From the NCBI GenBank assembly GCA_036399915.1, contig DASWME010000222.1, forward strand, positions 7,164 through 71,163: DNA of 64,000 nt. Reading direction: 5' to 3'. The notes below the pieces were generated by a model. It made no database searches. It worked only from the letters and a program-made list of their open reading frames with translations, and had not been told where the DNA came from. The position numbers were made by a program, and so were the translations under genes. The stretch is from Thermoanaerobaculia bacterium (GTDB lineage: Bacteria; Acidobacteriota; Thermoanaerobaculia; Multivoradales; UBA5704). This document shows positions 61,429 through 64,000 of the stretch, in pieces. Position 1 is the first letter of the stretch. The number at the start of each line of letters is the position of its first letter.

Positions 61429-62711
61429 TGAAACCGTCTTTGCTGCACGAGCTGTCCACGGTCTCCCAGGACGGGCAGCATCACCACCCACCCGTCCAGC
61501 CCCGCTCCTACTCGAAGCGGGAGGTCACCACGGTCCGCACCGGCCTCGATCGCCTGCTCGCCGATCCCTCGCCGCTCGCGGGGCGGCGCTACGGCCTGCT
61601 GGCCCACGGCGCCTCGATCACCGGCGACGGCGTGCCCATCCACCTCGCCCTGGCGGCGGGCTCGGCGGGCCCGCCGCGGGCCCTGTTCGGCCCCGAGCAC
61701 GGCTACTACGGCCTCGAGCAGGACATGGTCGCCGCCGAGAGCGGGCGCGACCCCTGGACGGGCGCTCCCCTGGTCTCGCTCTACGGGGACTCGGAGGAGT
61801 CCTTGCGGCCGAGCCCCGCGGCCTTCCAAGGGCTCGACCTGCTGGTGATCGACCTTCAGGACGTGGGCGCGCGCTACTACACCTACGCCGCGACCGGCGT
61901 CTGGTCGGCCGAGGCGGCGATGGCCGCCGGCTGCGAGGTCTGGGTGCTCGACCGGCCCAACCCGCTGGGCGGCGAGGCCATCGAAGGCAACCTCCGCCAG
62001 CCGGGCTACGAGTCGTTCATCGGCGCCTTCCGCCTGCCGGTCCGCCATGGCCTCACGCTGGGCGAGATCTTCCGGCTGGAGGGGCGGCGCCGGGGCTGGA
62101 ACGGCGACTTCCGAGTCTGGGAGATGGCAGGCTGGCGACGCGCCATGACCTGGGAGGAGACCGGCCTCCCCTGGATCGCGCCCTCGCCGAACATCCCCAC
62201 GACGGCGACCACCGTGGTCTACCCCGGCGGCTGCCTCGTCGAAGCCACGGAGGTCTCCGAGGGGCGCGGCACCACGCGGCCCTTCCAGCTCACGGGCGCG
62301 CCGTTCATCGATCCCAAGCGGCTGGCGGACCATCTGAACGGGCGCGGCCTGCCGGGCGTCGTCTTCGTCCCCACCTACTTCCGCCCGCAGTTCCAGAAGC
62401 ACCGGGGCGCGGCCTGCGGCGGCGTCGAGCTGCTGGTGACGGACCGCGGCACCTTCCAGTCCTACCGCGCAGGCGTCGAGCTGCTCGACGCCATCCACCG
62501 CCTCTGGCCGGAGGAGTTCGCCTGGCGCGAGGCCCCCTACGAGTTCGTCTCCGACCGCCCGGCGATCGACCTCCTGTCCGGCGGCCCCGAGTGCCGCGAG
62601 GCCGTCGAGAGCGGCGAAGGAATGGAAGACTGGATCGCGAGCTGGCAGGGCGACGAAGAGGCGTTCCGCGAGGAGCGGCGGGAGATTTTGCTGTACCCGG
62701 AGGAGGGGTGA
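61425..62711 (+). CDS. DUF1343-family protein (exo-beta-N-acetylmuramidase NamZ-like)
   Basis: LFGPEHG, LVIDLQDVGARYYTY, VLDRPNPLGG and LPVRHGLTLGE are present. It overlaps the moaC stop. Confidence 0.75.
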   Translation: MMKPSLLHELSTVSQDGQHHHPPVQPRSYSKREVTTVRTGLDRLLADPSPLAGRRYGLLAHGASITGDGVPIHLALAAGSAGPPRALFGPEHGYYGLEQDMVAAESGRDPWTGAPLVSLYGDSEESLRPSPAAFQGLDLLVIDLQDVGARYYTYAATGVWSAEAAMAAGCEVWVLDRPNPLGGEAIEGNLRQPGYESFIGAFRLPVRHGLTLGEIFRLEGRRRGWNGDFRVWEMAGWRRAMTWEETGLPWIAPSPNIPTTATTVVYPGGCLVEATEVSEGRGTTRPFQLTGAPFIDPKRLADHLNGRGLPGVVFVPTYFRPQFQKHRGAACGGVELLVTDRGTFQSYRAGVELLDAIHRLWPEEFAWREAPYEFVSDRPAIDLLSGGPECREAVESGEGMEDWIASWQGDEEAFREERREILLYPEEG

Positions 62712-63163
62712 AGTCCCCCCATCTCCTCCGCGTCGAAGGCGACCCGGTCCATTTCGCCCCGCTCATCGAGGCCGCCCGTGCCGTGGGGCTGCGGATCGGC
62801 TGGCTCGATCTCGGCGGCACGCCCTCGCCGGTCCCCGAGGCTCTGGACGCCGCCGCCGGCCTCGGGGTCCTCCGTGCCGTCGTGGTGGGGAAGGACCGGA
62901 CGGTCGCCGTCAAGCCCCTGCGCGGTGCGCCCGTCCTCAAGGACCTCCTGCGCGAGCACTTTCAGGGCTGCGCGCTCGTCCTCGTCCGGGGAGAGGTGGA
63001 CGCGCCGGCCCTGCGAATCGAGGAGGACGCCTGGGTTGTCACGCCGCCGGGGACCGCTTCATGGCAGTACACCGCGGCAAAGCTCGCCGCCACGCTCCGA
63101 AAGCCCAATCCCTGGCATCCCGGGACTTCCGCGTCCTCCCCGGACGAGAAAAATCCAACCTGA
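62708..63163 (+). CDS. hypothetical protein (151 aa)
   Basis: The GTG start is preceded by GAGGAGG and overlaps the previous stop (GTGA). Codon usage is GC3-rich. I recognise no family. Confidence 0.45.
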   Translation: MKSPHLLRVEGDPVHFAPLIEAARAVGLRIGWLDLGGTPSPVPEALDAAAGLGVLRAVVVGKDRTVAVKPLRGAPVLKDLLREHFQGCALVLVRGEVDAPALRIEEDAWVVTPPGTASWQYTAAKLAATLRKPNPWHPGTSASSPDEKNPT

Positions 63164-63445
63164 AAGGCTTTTCGGTCCGGAATAGGCCCCGTCCTCGCGG
63201 CAAAGCCTTTCCGCTTCGACCCAAAGGCCTTTTGGTTCCAGAATAGCCTTCGTCTCCCGGCAGAAAAGGTCTGTTGGGCGGGGAAAAGCCTTTTCGCTCG
63301 AGGTAAAGGTCTTTTTCCGACGGTAAAGGGCTGTTGCTCGCTGGAAAAGGGCTTTTGCCCCGAGGAGGGAGTCAATCCTCGGACCGAAAGGCCTTTTGGC
63401 GGCGCCATTGCCTTTTACCTCCGACGGAAAGGTCTTTGGAGGCGG
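63159..63445. repeat. tandem array of ~14 units, ~20.5-bp period, palindromic core AAAGG(N0-1)CCTTT
   Basis: The core centres lie near 63167, 63186, 63206, 63228, 63246, 63269, 63289, 63310, 63330, 63351, 63372, 63392, 63412 and 63433. The best copies are ccaaaggccttttgg (63221) and ccgaaaggccttttgg (63384). The array fills the spacer upstream of the aminotransferase gene. Confidence 0.8.
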
Positions 63446-63542
63446 CCCTAGCCCCGCCTTGCCACCCCCCATCCCTTTTGCCACAATGCGGCATCGACGG
63501 GGAGCCTGTCGGGTCCCTTGTCCGTAGAGGAGATGTGCACCC

Positions 63543-64000
63543 GTGATCGAGCCCATCCAGTTCTTCCTCCCCGGCCCGAGCTACGTGCCCGAGGATGTCC
63601 GCCAGGCCATGACGAAGCCCGTGGTGGGGCACCGGTCGGCCGGGTTCAAGGAGTTCTATCTCACGCTCGCCGGACGGCTGCCGAAGGTGCTCCGCACCGC
63701 GGGCGACGTCATGATCGCCACCGGCAGCTCGACCCTGATCATGGAGAGCGCCGTCGTCTCCTGCGTCCGGCAGGACGTGCTCAACCTCACCAACGGCGCC
63801 TTCTCCGAGCGCTGGCATGCGATCTCGAAGGCCGCTGGGAAATCCGCCGACAAGGTCTCGGCGCCCTGGGGGCAGGCCGTCGATCCGGACCTCGTGCGCT
63901 CGGCCCTGCGCCGCAGGCGCTACGACGCGGTCACCGTGGTCCACAACGAGACCTCGACGGGCGTGATGAGCCCCATCGCGGAGATCGCGCGCGTCATCCG
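63543..64000 (+). CDS. class V (serine-glyoxylate / phosphoserine-type) aminotransferase, 3' end cut by window edge
   Basis: This gene is not in the ORF track because no stop falls inside the window. Hand translation from the GTG at 63543 gives VIEPIQFFLPGPSYVPEDVRQAMTKPVVGHRSAGFKEFY...ATGSSTLIMESAV...NGAFSERW...VVHNETSTGV. GAGGAG lies 11 nt upstream. Confidence 0.75.
   Translation, partial: MIEPIQFFLPGPSYVPEDVRQAMTKPVVGHRSAGFKEFYLTLAGRLPKVLRTAGDVMIATGSSTLIMESAVVSCVRQDVLNLTNGAFSERWHAISKAAGKSADKVSAPWGQAVDPDLVRSALRRRRYDAVTVVHNETSTGVMSPIAEIARVI

Noticed and set aside
63059-63556. ORFs of 135-190 aa covering the second array on both strands.
   Set aside because: Their sequences are repetitive translations of the ~20-bp units (KAFP/KGLL-type), with no RBS and no coding-type GC3 bias.

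Overview
This is a high-GC (roughly 68-70 %) bacterial chromosomal segment that is densely coded on both strands. The gene content (a CarboxypepD_reg-type TonB-dependent receptor, B. subtilis-type sdhCAB, cdaA-cdaR-glmM, many secreted repeat proteins) suggests an Acidobacteriota-like organism; that assignment is inference only. Most of the window is housekeeping: sucCD, ndk, pcnB, sdhCAB, glnA, rfbBC, uppP, recD2, pdxJ, a long tRNA(CAT)-tilS-hpt-ftsH-folP-cdaA-cdaR-glmM operon, sodA, rpmG, tRNA-Asp and tRNA-Val, fmt-rsmB, hup and moaC. I saw no rRNA, CRISPR array, transposase, integrase or recognisable defence genes. Six things are worth a second look. (1) At 24740-25303 (-), an exported redoxin/peroxiredoxin-like gene has an in-frame TGA exactly at the first Cys of its CxxC motif (FYRGYW-TGA-PFC). 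An 11-bp stem with a bulged U starts 5 nt after the TGA, so this is a strong selenocysteine (UxxC) plus bacterial SECIS candidate that the ORF track splits into two pieces. (2) Convergent with it is a 77-aa secreted peptide whose ~49-aa mature part carries 10 Cys. (3) The whole 333-bp spacer upstream of the Sec gene is filled by about 14 tandem 21-bp units, each holding the palindrome TGACCTnnAGGTCA. (4) A second array at 63159-63445 has the same architecture (about 14 units, about 20.5-bp period, about 290 bp) but a different palindromic core (AAAGGCCTTT). (5) A REP-like hairpin family occurs four times, and one copy appears to supply the SD and GTG start of an ABC transporter gene. (6) A low-GC mini-island at 6.0-6.8 kb holds three small antitoxin-like or wHTH genes. 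All functional calls rest on my reading of the translated ORFs and remembered family motifs; no database search was run.
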